Shown here one piece after another: positions 63,457 through 64,000 of a DNA stretch of 64,000 nt. The position numbers and the translations under genes were made by a program. The DNA comes from Mobula hypostoma (Eukaryota). The DNA is taken from the NCBI RefSeq assembly GCF_963921235.1, contig NC_086097.1, forward strand, positions 231,820,001 through 231,884,000, written 5' to 3'. The notes below the pieces were generated by a model. That model saw only the letters and a program-made list of their open reading frames with translations, searched no databases and was not told the origin of the DNA. Position 1 is the stretch's first letter. The number at the start of each line of letters is the position of its first letter.

Positions 63457-64000
63457 TGTATCGGTTAGTAGGTTACGTAAGGGGGTTTCGTCTCTTATGT
63501 TACTGCGTAGGCTAATTAAAATGGCTTCTTTGTTATGTTATACTTGGGAATGCTTCTTTGTTATATTAAATGCTGAGAAAGTCCTCCCGCTAGCAGTTTG
63601 TTGAATCACGTTACTGATAAGAAGATGTTATGAACCAATTGGGATAGCTGTTATGTTTTTGGTGTATCTGTAAGATATTGTATGCGCGGCGTTTTGGGGG
63701 AGAAGGCGGGAGAGAGAGACAGAGGATGGACCAGGTGCTGTGATGTCCGCTAAGGGGGTCGGACCCTGAGGAGGGCGTTCGGCGAGGAGACGGAGACAGA
63801 CTCGTGTGGAGCGTCTGGTCGACCACCGTCATTGGTCCCAGGTGGCTGGTCGAGGTGGTCAGAGGGGTCGCAGGGCGAAGAAGAAGAGTCCTGAGCTCCA
63901 ACTGTTTGTGCACGAAGAGATTGAACTTTGATAAGTGTGGCACCTTTTATTTTCCTTTTATATTTTATTCTCTATTAATTATATAGTTCCAGTAATATCT
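63457..64000. mobile_element. Probable LTR, truncated by the window end
   Basis: Begins near a TG (tgtatcgg), interrupts a SINE tail (63380-63452), CpG-rich, CCAAT at ~63636, no coding motif; other end not visible. Confidence 0.4.

Overview
Eukaryotic, repeat-rich genomic DNA, most likely from a cartilaginous fish (ray-like; inferred from HE1/V-SINE, CR1 and Penelope repeat content). The only host protein-coding gene is the 3' part of gata6 on the + strand: zinc-finger exons at 5785-5951 and 16166-16291, the basic-domain exon 16752-16839, exon 16935-17056, and a 3'UTR at ~19.8-20.76 kb with four canonical miRNA 8mer sites. The large N-terminal coding exon lies upstream of the window. The ancestral terminal coding exon appears decayed (18210-18366: no AG at the expected acceptor, in-frame stops) and is separated from the conserved UTR by transposon debris. 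A strong acceptor at 19702 would supply a new 20-aa C-terminus. The remaining ~43 kb is gene-free and consists of nested transposons: CR1, Rex/Babar and RTE LINEs, V- and CORE-SINEs, hAT, PIF/Harbinger and Chapaev-like DNA transposons, and a solo LTR with internal satellite. It also holds Penelope-derived repeats whose consensus is a minimal hammerhead ribozyme, an intron-retaining tRNA-Ile(UAU) pseudogene, and a locally templated 122-bp insertion. Almost all ORFs in the supplied track are transposon fragments or noise. Comparisons to human sequence are from memory and need confirmation by alignment.
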